A stretch of DNA of 64,000 nucleotides. It comes from Mobula birostris (Eukaryota). The notes beneath the pieces were generated by a model. The model was not told the DNA's origin. It saw nothing but the letters and a program-made list of their open reading frames with translations, and did no database searches. A program made the translations under genes and the position numbers. The stretch spans positions 15,436,600-15,500,599 of the forward strand of contig NC_092398.1 of the NCBI RefSeq assembly GCF_030028105.1, given 5' to 3'. Shown here piece by piece: positions 25,395 through 38,244 of this stretch (the stretch's first letter is position 1; each line of letters opens with the position of its first letter).

Positions 25395-26519
25395 GGGGAG
25401 AGGCTGTTCACCTGTTCTGACTAGGAAGAGATTCACTCAGTCATCTGGTTTACAGAGTCATCAGTCAGTTCACACTGGGGAGAGGCCATTCACCTCCCTA
25501 TGACTGAGGGAAGGGATGCACTTCGTCATCTGACCTACAGGGATGCCAGTGAGTTCACCTTGGGGAGAAACCATCCAGCTGTTCTGAATGTGGGAACTCA
25601 CTCATCCCTGTTTGTGGCACACTGATAGACTATCGAGTTCACACTGAGGGAAGTGTTTAAATCGGCTGCATGCTTGATATTTAACCATTACAGTTGTTGA
25701 ATCCAGAGGCAAGTTCAAAAGTGACTTTTGGTGTTGGAACTCTAAAATTATTGCTGCATTCACTTCTGCACCCTGGTCACTGGGCATGGGAGGAATTTCT
25801 TCTGTGAATGTTTAATGGGACTGGATGTTCTTATTCTGCATCTGTGACTAATCAATCAGTTCTATTTTAAACCCTGTCCAGGGTATTTAGAATCTACAAC
25901 ACACCCAGTGTGCGGTAGAGACTCAACTCAGCCCAGCTGTGTCCCTGTCAGTGTTTTTGTTCCACAATGGTCCTTTTTAATCCATTCCTGCTGTTCACCT
26001 CTCTCTCTCCCTGTGGTGATGCATTCCTAACAGAGGTCTCTTGTTTTTCCTGCATGACTTCATGCAGAATGAAGATGACAATAAGCAGACTGCAGTTATG
26101 TCCCACATGTTCTTCATCCCTCAAATTTCTTGGCCGAGGAAGACTGACATTGGCAGCTACCCTTCTCCTTCCCAGCCCTTTTCAATGTTATGGGACAGTT
26201 TCACTGCTTCTAAAGTGCAGAGTCTCACACAGCTGAGTTGATAGAATACACCACGATCCACAAAAGTCTCAAAGCAGAATGGAGGACCAATAGTTGTTCA
26301 GTGGAACATGGTCGGAAACCAGAGATGGCTCAGCAGAGGGTAGAATTTGGGGCTCTGGGCAGTGGTAGGGGTAAGAGCATATGATAATGTGCAGGGGACA
26401 GTGGCAATGAACGACACAGTGGCAACATTTGGCAGCTGATTGACAGAGAAAATAAAACTTGGTTGACTGACTGCTGACACACACCGTGCCTGTTAACATT
26501 GAGTATATTGCTTGTGAGA

Positions 26520-27830
26520 GTTTCTGTTACACTGTTAAGGATAATAGGATGATTTGGTAAGTGAATACATGGCTGAGGAACTGGTGCAGGGATTCAGATT
26601 TATCGATCATTGGAATCTCTTCTGGGGGAGGTAGGGCCTGTACAAAAAGGACGGGTTACATCTGAACCCAAGGGGTACCAATATCCCTGTGGGCAGGCTT
26701 GCTAGAGTTGTTCGGGAGGGTTTAAACTGATCTGGCAGGGGGATGGGAACTGGAGTGATAGTGCTGAGGATAAGGTAGTTGGTTTACAAATAGAAGCTGT
26801 GTGTAGTGAGACAGGTAGCAAGGAGAGGCTGATAATAGGGCAAAATTGCAGACAACAGGATGAGTTGCAATGTAACAGGTGGACAAAATCGAAAGGGGTG
26901 AATACAAGGCTGAAGGTGTTTTATTTGAATGCGTGCAGTACACGGAATAAGGCAAATGAACCTGTAGTGCAGTAACACAATGATATTGAAATCACCAAAT
27001 TATGGCTGAGCAAAGATCGTAGCTGGTAGCTTAATGTCTAAGGATACACATTGTATGGAAAGGAGAGGCAGGTAGGCAGAGGGGGTGGTGTGGTTCTGTT
27101 GGTAAAAAATGTAATCAAATCATTAGAAAGATGTGACATAGGACTGGAAGGAGTTGAAACACTGTGGATAGAGTTCACAAAGTACAAGGATATAACTCCC
27201 TGAAAGCCAACGTAAGGGCCAAAGGGAAGGCGTTTAATTGAGATAAAATTAATGGAAAGTTATAGAGAATTGGGAAGCTGTTAAAACCCAACAGAAGGCA
27301 ACTAAAAAAAGTCAAAGTAGGAAAGAAGAAATATGCAGCTGAGCGAGCCAGTAATATTAAAGAGGATATCAAAAGTTTCTGAAGATAGATAAACTGCAAA
27401 AGAGAAGTGAGAGTAGTTATCAGACTGCTGTAAAATCATATTGGAGAGGTAGTAATTGGGGACAAGGAAATGTTGGATGAACTGAATGAGTATTTTGCTT
27501 GTGTCTTCACTGTGGAAGGCACTAACAGAGATGAAGTTTGAGTGTGTCAGCGGGCAAAGGAGTGTGAAGTTGCCATGACTAGTGAGAAGATTCTTGGGAA
27601 ACTGAAAGGCCTGAAGGTAGATAAGTCACTGCACCAGATGGTAAACACCTCAGGATTCTGAAAGAAGTTGCTGAAGAGATTGTTGAGGCATTACCTGTAT
27701 GAAGAAGATGATGGGATATGGACATGGTGTAGGTAGGAGGGATTAGTCTTTGGCTGTTTTTGATTTGCTTTTCAGCTGGTTGGGAACAACATTGCGGGTC
27801 GAATAGCCTGTTCCTGTGCTGTATTCTATG
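26520..27830 (+). mobile_element. Old CR1 LINE fragments (ORF1/ORF2 junction, internal deletions, 3' end)
   Basis: Remnants such as YLNA(C)S at about 26920 and LKVDKS at about 27610, plus a CR1-like tail at about 27820. Confidence 0.65.
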
Positions 27831-28569
27831 TTCCGTGTTTTATGTCCTATATTTCATATGCTATAAACTTCTATAGATGTGTGGTGGAAAGTATACTTAC
27901 CGACTGCATTACAGCTGGTATGGAAAGGCCCCAATGTCCGTTCCGTTAGGAATGCCCTACAAAAAGCAGTGGGTATGGTTCAGTCCATCATGGGTAAAGT
28001 CCTCCCTGCCATGAGCACATCGTTTCAGGTAGCCATAATCAGGGATCCCCACCACCCAGGACATGCTGTCTTCTCACTGCTGCAAAGGTAAGTGCTGCAG
28101 GATTTACACCATCAATTTTAGGAATGGTTATTAATCCCACAGCAATCAGGCTCCTGAATCAAAGGGGATAAATTCACTTCATCATTGAAACGTTTCCACA
28201 ACCTGGTCTCACATTCAAGGGCTCTTCACCTCATGTTCTCAATGTATATTACTTATTCATGATTAATATTATTTCTTTTTGTACTTGCACAGTTTCTGTC
28301 TTTTGCACAGTGGTTGAATGCCCAAGTTAATACTGTCTCATTTATTCTATTTAGGTCAGTATTGTTATGGAATATATTGAGTATGCCTACTAGAAAATGA
28401 ATCACGCTTGTTGGTGGTAACAGTTATGTACCTTGATAATAAATTTACTTTGAACTTTTCATCTGAATGTGTTGTTACTTCCATCTCCCATCTATATTTT
28501 ACGTTTTCCTGTTCAGCCCCAACCACAGGTTCCCAGTTGGCAGTGTTACCCGAAGCAGAGTGTGAGCAG

Positions 28570-28735
28570 CTTTTGATTGGTGCAGCCAGGGATTCTGATT
28601 TGTTCCCTCTGCTATCCAATTAAAGGATTTGTTGAAATGAATTCGATGGGCGATTGGTCTTTTCAAACCGCCAATGAAAATGCTCGGATTCCCCATTCCT
28701 CATTAGCATACCGCAGTGAGCGCTGGCTATTTAAT
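28570..28735 (+). promoter_or_regulatory. H2B promoter
   Basis: Four CCAAT/ATTGG boxes, a variant octamer ATTAGCAT (28702-28709) at the H2B-box position, and TATTTAA at about 28728-28734. Confidence 0.75.
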
Positions 28736-28784
28736 TCGCGCTCCGACGATTGTTTTATTACTGTGTCTCAACTCAGCCGAAGAA

Positions 28785-29156
28785 ATGCCCGATCAGAAAC
28801 CTGCTCCCAAGAAGGGCGCTAAGAAAGCGCTGCCGAAGCCATCAGGCAAGTCTGGCAAGAAGCGCAGGAGGCTGAGGAAGGAGAGTTACTCCATCTATAT
28901 CTACAAAGTGATGAAGCAGGTTCACCCCGACACCGGCATCTCCTCCAAGGCCATGAGCATCATGAACTCGTTCGTGAACGACATTTTCGAGCGCATCGCT
29001 GGCGAGGCTTCCCGCTTAGCCCATTACAACAAGCGGTCGACTATCAGCTCCCGGGAGATCCAGACCGCAGTGCGCCTACTGCTGCCCGGGGAGCTGGCCA
29101 AGCACGCCGTGTCGGAGGGAACAAAGGCAGTGACCAAGTACACCAGCTCCAAGTGA
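28785..29156 (+). CDS. H2B: Histone H2B
   Basis: 123-aa [11 protein letters not shown]...[26 protein letters not shown]...KYTSSK. The true start is the ATG at 28785, inside the longer GTG ORF. Confidence 0.98.
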   Translation: MPDQKPAPKKGAKKALPKPSGKSGKKRRRLRKESYSIYIYKVMKQVHPDTGISSKAMSIMNSFVNDIFERIAGEASRLAHYNKRSTISSREIQTAVRLLLPGELAKHAVSEGTKAVTKYTSSK

Positions 29157-29188
29157 AGAGTGTTGCCAAAACAAAGCGAAAACCCAAA

Positions 29189-29204
29189 GGCTCTTTTAAG
29201 AGCC
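29189..29204 (+). terminator. Histone 3' stem-loop (H2B)
   Basis: GGCTCTTTTAAGAGCC then ACTCA, with HDE-like AACAGAGCT downstream. Confidence 0.96.
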
Positions 29205-29809
29205 ACTCACTATTTCATTAACAGAGCTTCATGATCTAGTTCATATTTTATTCATGTTAATCAGAATATGCTGTCCACTGCTCGATATAATAGCAATGTC
29301 TCTTCCACACGAATATATTGCCCCTCCTCGTCACTTGTAGTGGACACTTGCTGTTCCTTCTCGTTTAATTGTTTTGGGGGATGAGCTTTATTAATTTCTG
29401 TCCCATTTTGAAAACTTCTCCGAAGCCCATTTCAATGCTAGACGGTTCTTTAACTTGGTGAAACTGCAGTCCTAGTTCGTTCAGAACCTCATGCAATTCA
29501 CATAATGGCTGACCGGGAACTGAAACTGAGAATCAATTTTTGTTCTAACCCAGTAAGTCGTAGAATTAAATCCTCAGACTCCTTTGCAACATTAGCTACA
29601 CTTAAAAGATTAGATGTAGCGGACTTCAGTAAAGGGTGAATGCGGAGAAAAATCCGACAAGCAAAACACACAACGCTGGAGGAAGTCAGAAGCCATCTAT
29701 GGAAAAGAAAAAGGTTCAGGTTTGAACAAAATGACTTTTGGCAGGCTGTTACAAAACAGTTCATTTTTTTGGTGAGTAAACAGTTATTTTCCGCACTTTT
29801 GCTTTTGAT

Positions 29810-30111
29810 TGTTAAGTGGATCAGCGGACTCCAGTAATTAGTGAATGTGGAGATCAAGCCGACAAACAGACAATTAATAATTTCATTTTAGATAAGCTTT
29901 AAACAAAGGAATTTTGGCGGGCTGTTCCACATTTCAGTTTATTTTGGGAGAATGAGCGGTTATTTTCCATGACTCTGCTGCTGTTTCTTGATTGGTGAAT
30001 CGGGGCAGTTCTCTGATTGGATTATTTGCTCTATCTCCAATATCATTAGGCGTTGCAGCACCAATCAGACACGTTCTGCTGCCTTCCCCCAAAAAGTACA
30101 AGAAGGACGAG
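29810..30111 (+). promoter_or_regulatory. H2A promoter (plus orientation)
   Basis: Reverse-complement homology to 48101-48400, with CCAAT boxes and TTTTGGCGGG at 29912-29921. Confidence 0.75.
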
Positions 30112-30821
<710 letters not shown>

Positions 30822-30868
30822 ACACGGAGGAAAGAACTCTGGTTTCGCTATCACTACGAAGCGTTTCT

Positions 30869-31298
30869 GCGTCCTTCTTGTACCTTCTGGGGGGAGGCAG
30901 CGAAACGTGTATGATTGGTTCTACAGCGCCCAATGAAATTGGAGATAGAAAAAATAATCCAATCAGAGAACTTCTCCCATTCACCAATCAAGAAACAGCA
31001 ACAGAGTCACGGAAAATATCCACTCATTCTCCTAAAAGAAACTGAAATTTGAAACAGCCCGCCAAAAATCCTTTGTTTAATGCTCATCTAGAATGAAATT
31101 ATTGCATGTCTGTTTGTCGGCTTGATTTCCACATTCACTAATCACTGGAGTCCGCCACATTTAATGTAAGTGTAGCTACTATTGCAACACTGGCTGGGGA
31201 TTTAATTCACCGATTTCTTTAAACTAAGAAACGCTCAGAACAAAACCCGCTTCTCAGCTTCTGTTCGCCGTTTGCCATTGTTCGTGCATCAGGTTATG
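30869..31298 (-). promoter_or_regulatory. Orphan H2A promoter with no downstream sense CDS
   Basis: Highly similar to 48102-48531, the promoter of the intact H2A, but it points into the 3' end of the plus-strand H2A. Confidence 0.8.
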
Positions 31299-31756
31299 GA
31301 CCTAGCAACACTCACAACACGCAAGAGGAACTCAGTAGGTCGGGCAGCATCCGTGGAAACGTCGACTCACCGTTTCAGATAATGGAATTGATGGATTTTT
31401 GCAAAGCTTGTAGATGATACAAAGATAGGTGAGGGAACAAGTATCGCTGTAGAAGCAGGTAGTCTGCACAAGGACTAAACAGATTAGGAGAATGGTTAAG
31501 AAATGGCAGATGGAATACAGGGTTGGGAATTGTATGGCTATGCACTTTATAGAAGAAACAAAAATGTACACTAATTCTAATTGGAGAGAAAATTCAAAAA
31601 ATCCGAGGTACAGAGGAACTTAGGAGTTCTTACGCAGGATCCACTAAAGGTTAATTTGCTTGTTGAGTCGGTGGTGAGGAAGCCAAATGCAATGTGATCA
31701 TTAATTTCAGGAGGACTAGGATTTAAAAGCGAGGGTGTAATGTTTAGGTTTTATAG

Positions 31757-32048
31757 ACATCCGTTAGTCTCATGAGACCATGGATTTGTACCTTGGAAGT
31801 TTCCAGGGTGCAGGCCTGAGCAAGGTTGTATGGAAGACTAGCAGTTGCCCATGCTGCAAGTCTCCCCTCTCCATGCCACCGATGTTGTCCAAGGGAAGGG
31901 CACTAGGGCTGATACAGCTTCCAATACACTGGTGTCGTCGCAGAGCAATGTGTGGTTAAGTGCAAGGACACAACATGCTGCCTCAGCTGAGGCTTGTACT
32001 AGCAACCTTCAGATCACTAGACCGATGCCTTCACTACTTGGCCACGCT
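31757..32048 (-). mobile_element. tRNA-derived SINE nested in a CR1 fragment (paralog at about 49767-50048)
   Basis: The minus-strand head of the paralog reads GCGTGGCCAAGTGGTTAAGGC...AGTTCGAGCC (A and B boxes). Both copies are flanked by a degenerate direct repeat ttgagg..ttata. Confidence 0.7.
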
Positions 32049-33747
32049 CCAACACTGAGGCTTTATAAGGCACTGATAAGGCCTCATTTGGAGTAGTGAG
32101 CATTTTGGGCCTCTTATCTGAGACAGGATGTGCTGACATTGTGGAGCTATCAAAGGAAGTTCATGAAATCAAGTCTGGGATAGAAAGGATTGGCATATGA
32201 AGAGTTTTTGATTGCTCTGGGCAAATATAGAAAGGCTTCCATAGAGTGGATGTGTAGATAATATTTCCTGTGCTGTGGGAGTCTGACACCAGACGTCACA
32301 ACCTCAAAATAGAGGGATGTCCATTTAAAACAGAGATGAAAGGGAATTTCTTTAGCTAGAGACTGCAGAATCTGTAGAATTCATTGCCATTGATGGTCAA
32401 GTGATTGGGTATATTTAAGGTAGAGCTTGATAGTTACTTGATTGGTCAGGGTCTGATGTTTACAGGGAGAAGGCAGTGGAGGGAAATAGATCAACCATAA
32501 TGAAATGGTGGAGCAGAATCGATGATCTTTATCTGTTCCTATGACTTATAATTGCAACTTCCCCCCTTCTGAGCTCTCATCTCCTCCAAAGTGAAGTCAT
32601 CTTTTTCTAAATTCCATTCAATTCAGTCCCCACTTCAATTAAGTGTCTCACAGTCCCTGCCAGATTGAGAGAACATGATCCTTAATTTAAACTTTTGCCT
32701 CTCTCTTACTTAGTGGGATATCAGTATTACAGCACTGCCCTGCATAGATTATTAGTGAGCCTATTGACTACTTCACTTCTGACATGAATTGTGATCCAGA
32801 AAAACAGACATACACTCCCCAATACTGCAGCTGTAATAATGTTTGCCTAACATCCAACAAAACACACGGGCAATGACTGGACTCACAATCAGAATCAGAA
32901 TCCTTTATTATCGCCAAGTATGTGGACACATACAGGGAATTTGATGCCGGTTTCCCTGAGCTCTCGCTGTACAGAACAAAAAAAAGGCAAACAAAACAAT
33001 AGTGTAAATAATCGTGAACTATATACAGTGAGGTATACCTGTGTATGTACAGGTGGACTTGGTTTATAATAGACTAAAACTCAAGTGTTCATAAGACTGA
33101 TGGCATACGGATAGAAACTGTTCTTGTACCTATTTGTCCTAGCATTCGGTGATCTAAAGCACCCACCAGAAGGAAGGAGTTGGAACAGAACAGAAAACAG
33201 TTAGGCTGTGCGTCCTCTATGCACTGCAATGCAAGGATTGCCACCATTTTGATAGTATAAACTGGGAGTTTATTAGATAAACGTTTTCTAACTGACACCT
33301 GAAATGATGGGACATAGACTGCTGCACTGGTGTTATGAGACACTGGGCCTTTAGAATTCCATTCCGTCGTATTGATGAAGCACAGATGGAGAAACCACTA
33401 CCTCTTCAGTTACACACCCAGCATATACTGACAGCCTCTCCCAAAGTCAACTCTTCCCCAGTTAAAGCAAATAGAGAGGGAGGGATAATGGATAAAGCCA
33501 CGTAGGAGCATAGTTCATTTTGGATAAGCACATGTTCCCTGCCTGATCGTTTCCTTCCCACCCAAAAAGAAAACTTACGAGCCTGGTGTTCCAGACAATA
33601 GAAGACGTAACAGAACAACACAAATGTTACCCAGCGGCACGGAACTGCTGATGCTCCGTGTCGATGAGATTCATCGGGGCTGGGTTGGCATGTTTAACAA
33701 AAGCTTAGTGAACAGTAACAGACAGCCCTTTCCACTGTTGTGTTGGT

Positions 33748-33763
33748 GGCTCTTAAAAGAGCC
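33748..33763 (-). terminator. Histone 3' stem-loop (H3 copy 2)
   Basis: Minus strand reads GGCTCTTTTAAGAGCC then ACCAA. Confidence 0.96.
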
Positions 33764-33792
33764 TTTTGTTGTGTTCGGTGTGGAGGTCGGAT

Positions 33793-34209
<417 letters not shown>

Positions 34210-35059
34210 TCAGCAGTCCAAAAGCAACTTCAAATACCGGGATCAGAATAGCGGAGCAGACGCAGGAACCAGCTTTTAAATCGTTGATGAAGGGCTGCCC
34301 CACTCCCTGATTGGTTGCAAGGGAGATGTGTATTGCAGGCCCCAGCGTTGCGATTGGCTGCTTTTTCATCACCAGTTTGAAGCTGGCCGGTGGTGGGGGT
34401 GGAGGAGATGGTGAGGAATATTACGCACGACGAAATATGGAAATTAGTGACTTAGAGTCGTAATTTAGCCAGTCTGACTGCAGTGATTGGATGCCGGTTC
34501 AGTTTCAAATCGCCCGCCAATTCCAAGAGCAAACAAAAGAAAATATTGTTTCAAGAGCAACCGGTTTTCTTACAATTAAAAGAATCACGAATTATCAAAT
34601 TCTACCTTGATGTAAAACATCGATCATCTTCAGTCAATTAGCTGAATCAGAATGTTTACGTTTTTACTGAATAGCTTTTCGCGGTGAGTGAATTCAGTGT
34701 TGCTGGAACCGGGAGGACAGAGAGAGAAAACTGAGATTGATTTTAATTCACTGCTTTTACTAAATGGTTTTGTGGGAAAACAGCCACAAGGTTTTCAAAA
34801 GGACCACAGGAACCAACACCGAAATGAATTGCTGCTCAGTACAGTACATCTTCAAAACATTCATTACAACCAAATAAATTATCAATCTCTTCACTCTCCA
34901 AAGTGCTGTTCAAAGACAAACCGACGGCCTGTGGCTCATTTTATCACATCACCCTGACCTGCCCGAGAGAGACGGAGAGGGAAGCAGAGAGACAGCTTCA
35001 GAGTAATAGAGGAGAGAGAGAGACCTCTATTTTCCAGCTCTTTTGTGGGAGATGTGAGT

Positions 35060-35075
35060 GGCTCTTAGAAGAGCC
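35060..35075 (-). terminator. Histone 3' stem-loop (H1 copy 2)
   Basis: Minus strand reads GGCTCTTCTAAGAGCC then ACTCA, with HDE AAAAGAGCTG downstream. Confidence 0.95.
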
Positions 35076-35109
35076 GTTGGTCTCAGGTCTTTAAAATGTG
35101 TATTTTTAT

Positions 35110-35742
35110 TTACTTTTTGGCAGTCGCCTTCTTGGCTTTCACGGATTTTGCCTTCGGTTTGGGTTTTGCCGACTTCTTGGGAGCCTTCGCCTTCGGGGCC
35201 GCGATCTTCTTGGGGCTCTTGGTCTTCTGCGCAGCCTTCTTGGCCGCTGGTTTCTTAGCAGCCGCTTTTTTAGCCGTCGGTTTCTTAACACTTTGTTTCT
35301 TGGCGGGAGATTTCTTAGCTGCTATCTTGGCCGCAGTTTTCTTGATCGCTGGCTTCTTGGTCTGAGATGTCTTGGCCGCTGGTTTCTTCGTTTTTTTCAC
35401 GATTTTCGCGCCACTGTCCTTTTTAGCGGCCTTCAAGGAGCCGGAGGCACCTGCGCCCTTGGTGTGAATCAGGGAGCCGCTTTCCAATTTCCTTTTAATG
35501 ACCATCTTGATCTGACTTTTGAGCTTTTCCACATCGACGCCGTTGGCAGCCAACCCCTTCTTTATCGCGACTATGGACACCCCTCGGTGACTGCGGCAAT
35601 CCGCCACAATCTTGTCGATCTGTTCGCCCAGTTTGGGACCGGCTGTCTTGGTCCGGGCGGCCGCCGCCTTCTTCTTGGGAGCCTTGGTTGCAACGGCAGG
35701 CACCGGTGGAGGAGCGACTTCAGCGGCTGCGGTCTCGGTCAT
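35110..35742 (-). CDS. H1: Linker histone H1 (unit B), 210 aa
   Basis: MTETAAAEVAPP N-tail, winged-helix domain (GVS..AIKK.LAANGVDVEK...TKGAGASGS) and K/A/P-rich tail with SPKK motifs. A GC box and TTTAAA lie upstream. Confidence 0.95.
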   Translation of the reverse strand: MTETAAAEVAPPPVPAVATKAPKKKAAAARTKTAGPKLGEQIDKIVADCRSHRGVSIVAIKKGLAANGVDVEKLKSQIKMVIKRKLESGSLIHTKGAGASGSLKAAKKDSGAKIVKKTKKPAAKTSQTKKPAIKKTAAKIAAKKSPAKKQSVKKPTAKKAAAKKPAAKKAAQKTKSPKKIAAPKAKAPKKSAKPKPKAKSVKAKKATAKK

Positions 35743-36782
35743 GTCGTCGACTCTGCACAAACTCTCTGAAAACTCAGAAATGGAGCGAGAGGCGGCGGTG
35801 CAGCGTCTTTTAAAGGCAGCGAGCGGACAGGGCGGAGACACACTTTCGTCAGCTTCTGGCCACTGTCTCTCTGTTTTTTTCTCCTCAAAAACCCTCCGAT
35901 TCCGATAAAAATAAGACACCTCCATCACCCAGATCGCTCTCTGTCTGTGTCCGAAGCCGGATTCTTTGCTGTTAAACAAGCTTGGTCCGAATTAAAGGCA
36001 ACAGTTTTCATATAAATCCGTTTAACTGGTGCACCGACTTCGTTCTCTCCCGCCATCACCGGCATGTTCGCCGTTTTCCGACTGAAATATTAAAACCAAC
36101 AAAAAATACGGGCAATTCCCACTTCAGGACTGAGCTGGGGAAATGGGCCGCCTCGTGACAGGGAAATGTGTTCATTTTCCACAGGAGGGACGGCGAAATG
36201 CGGCGACGTGATCGGACTCACAAACACAGCCATATCGCATTCAAAGTGTCACTGGTTTATCTGTTCTGTATCTTGCAATATTTAATTTACACACTTTGTT
36301 CATTTATGTGTAATCCATCTATCGATTTTATCCTTAACACGCTTATTCGGAGAAACGTTGTCTCGTTTGACGGTATACATGTATATTGTTAAATGACAAT
36401 AAACTTGATTTGTTTGACAGTGATACCAGTCTGAGGTGTCAGGTCCCTCTCTGACACACCGTTCATATCTGCACAAACTGTGGGCCCGGTGTACAGTTCC
36501 CAGCACAAGTTTTCCTCTCCGCTTCCGTGTTACCGCGTGTTACTTGTAGATTCCCAGCTCAGTAACATCTCCGCTTCTTTCTCTTATTTCTGGAGCCATA
36601 CTTTTCTCCATAGTAAACATTCATTACAAAACTCACCCATCTCCTGGGGCTCAAGATCTCGGAAACCCTGCTAATCTCTAAGGGGACTGAATCTCTCCCT
36701 AACTACCCTTTTACTCTTAAGACACCAGGAGAACCTCTTCGGAGATTCCTGAACTTTACCTGCCAGATCCATCTCATACTCC

Positions 36783-36986
36783 AACAACAGGAATTCTGTA
36801 GATGCTGGAAATTCAAGAAACACACATCAAAGTTGCTGGTGAACGCAGCAGGCCAGGCAGCATCTCTAGAAAGAAGTACAGTCGACCTTTAAGGCTGAGA
36901 CCCTTCATCAGGACTAACTGAAGGAAGAGTTAGTAAGAGATTTGAAAGTGGGAGGGGAGGGGGAGATCCAAAATGATAGGAGAAGA
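36783..36986. mobile_element. Penelope-type short insertion specific to unit B, with an 8-bp TSD
   Basis: CATACTCC at 36775-36782 and 36987-36994. The paralogous site at 54481 is empty. Confidence 0.8.
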
Positions 36987-37599
36987 CATACTCCCTCTCT
37001 TTGCCCTCCTAGTTTCCTTCCTCAGAGCATTCTCAATCTTTTTATACCCAGAAAGGGATTGGTTTGATGTCAACCTCCTGAATGAAATGTATGATTTCTT
37101 TTCTCTTTTAAAACTGAACCTCATTATCTCTCATTTGCCAAGGTTTCCCAAACCTGCCAGATTACCCTTCACCACAACGGGAACATTCTGTTTCCAGACA
37201 CTTGCTGTCCCATTTATAAACAAGTCCCACTTGTCATTCATTCATTTTCTTTCTTAGAGGCTCTCCAAATCAACCTTGGCTCGAAACTAATTCCCCCAAC
37301 ATTATCCTGCCCCAGTTTACAGCACTGACCTGTGTAGCTGACTGACTGTATCCTTCCCATCACTCTCTTAAACTAACAGAAAGAATGAAAAAGGAACCTT
37401 GGTCAACTGTGGAAGCCAGTGGGGAATGGCTGCCTTACTGAACATCCACACTCAGAAAAGACTTCAGAAAGAAGACACATTCTCAAAGGTTTGGTTCATC
37501 TTGTGACTGTACAGTGTCTGCACTTTGGATTTATTGAGATTGAGCACAGAAAAGGTCTCTACAGCCCCTTCAGCCATGCTGGCCAGCAATCCACCAGTT

Positions 37600-37745
37600 T
37601 AATCCCAGGCAATTTATAATGGTTGATTAACTTCCCAACCAGTAGGTCTTTGGACTGTGGGAGGAAACCGGAGCACCAGAGAATGTATAAACTCCTCACT
37701 GGCAACAGCAGGAATTGAACCCTGGTCACCTGCAATTTTAAGCCT
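37600..37745 (-). mobile_element. V-SINE/HE1-like SINE fragment (paralog at about 55120-55260)
   Basis: Minus strand contains GGTGCTCCGGTTTCCTCCCACAGTCCAAAGAC, the conserved V-domain motif. Confidence 0.7.
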
Positions 37746-38244
37746 TTCCCTCCTGAAACTTCCACAATACTGGCATCACAGATGGACAGGATGGGGAAGA
37801 AAGTATTTGGTACACTGGCCTCCATCAGCAAAGATGATTAGCACAGGAGCTGGAATCTGATGTTCTTTTTGTGTAAGACATTGATGAATCCACACCCAGG
37901 ATATTCTGTGCAGCTTTAGTCACCCTCATTAAAGCCACAGTTTAATTAATTTTAAAACAGTGAAAAAAGGTTTAGAAGAGTAATGGTGGAAATTGAAGGC
38001 CTGAGTTACGTGATGGTGTTGGGTGTATTGTTCGTGAACTTCAAACGAAGAGATTAAGACCTGCCAGATATAAGTAGCCATGAATATGCTCACTAAAGGG
38101 AGATAATACTGTCATGACCCAATCTTCAGACATTGGTTTATTCTCCATGGTTTTTCGCTGGCAATACACCACCTATTCGAATGGTTGGCCCCTCTCCCTA
38201 CAAAGGAGAAGTTACTTCCAGCTAACAAAGTGGTTTAAATTAAT

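Noticed and set aside
24040-25600. Regular repeats that might suggest a CRISPR array
   Set aside because: The 84-bp periodicity is zinc finger coding sequence in a vertebrate genome. There are no unique spacers or cas genes.
35743-35979. N-terminal extensions of H1, H2B (28716) and H2A (48220) in the ORF track
   Set aside because: They begin at TTG or GTG upstream of the TATA region. The canonical ATGs are at 35742, 53274, 28785 and 48049.
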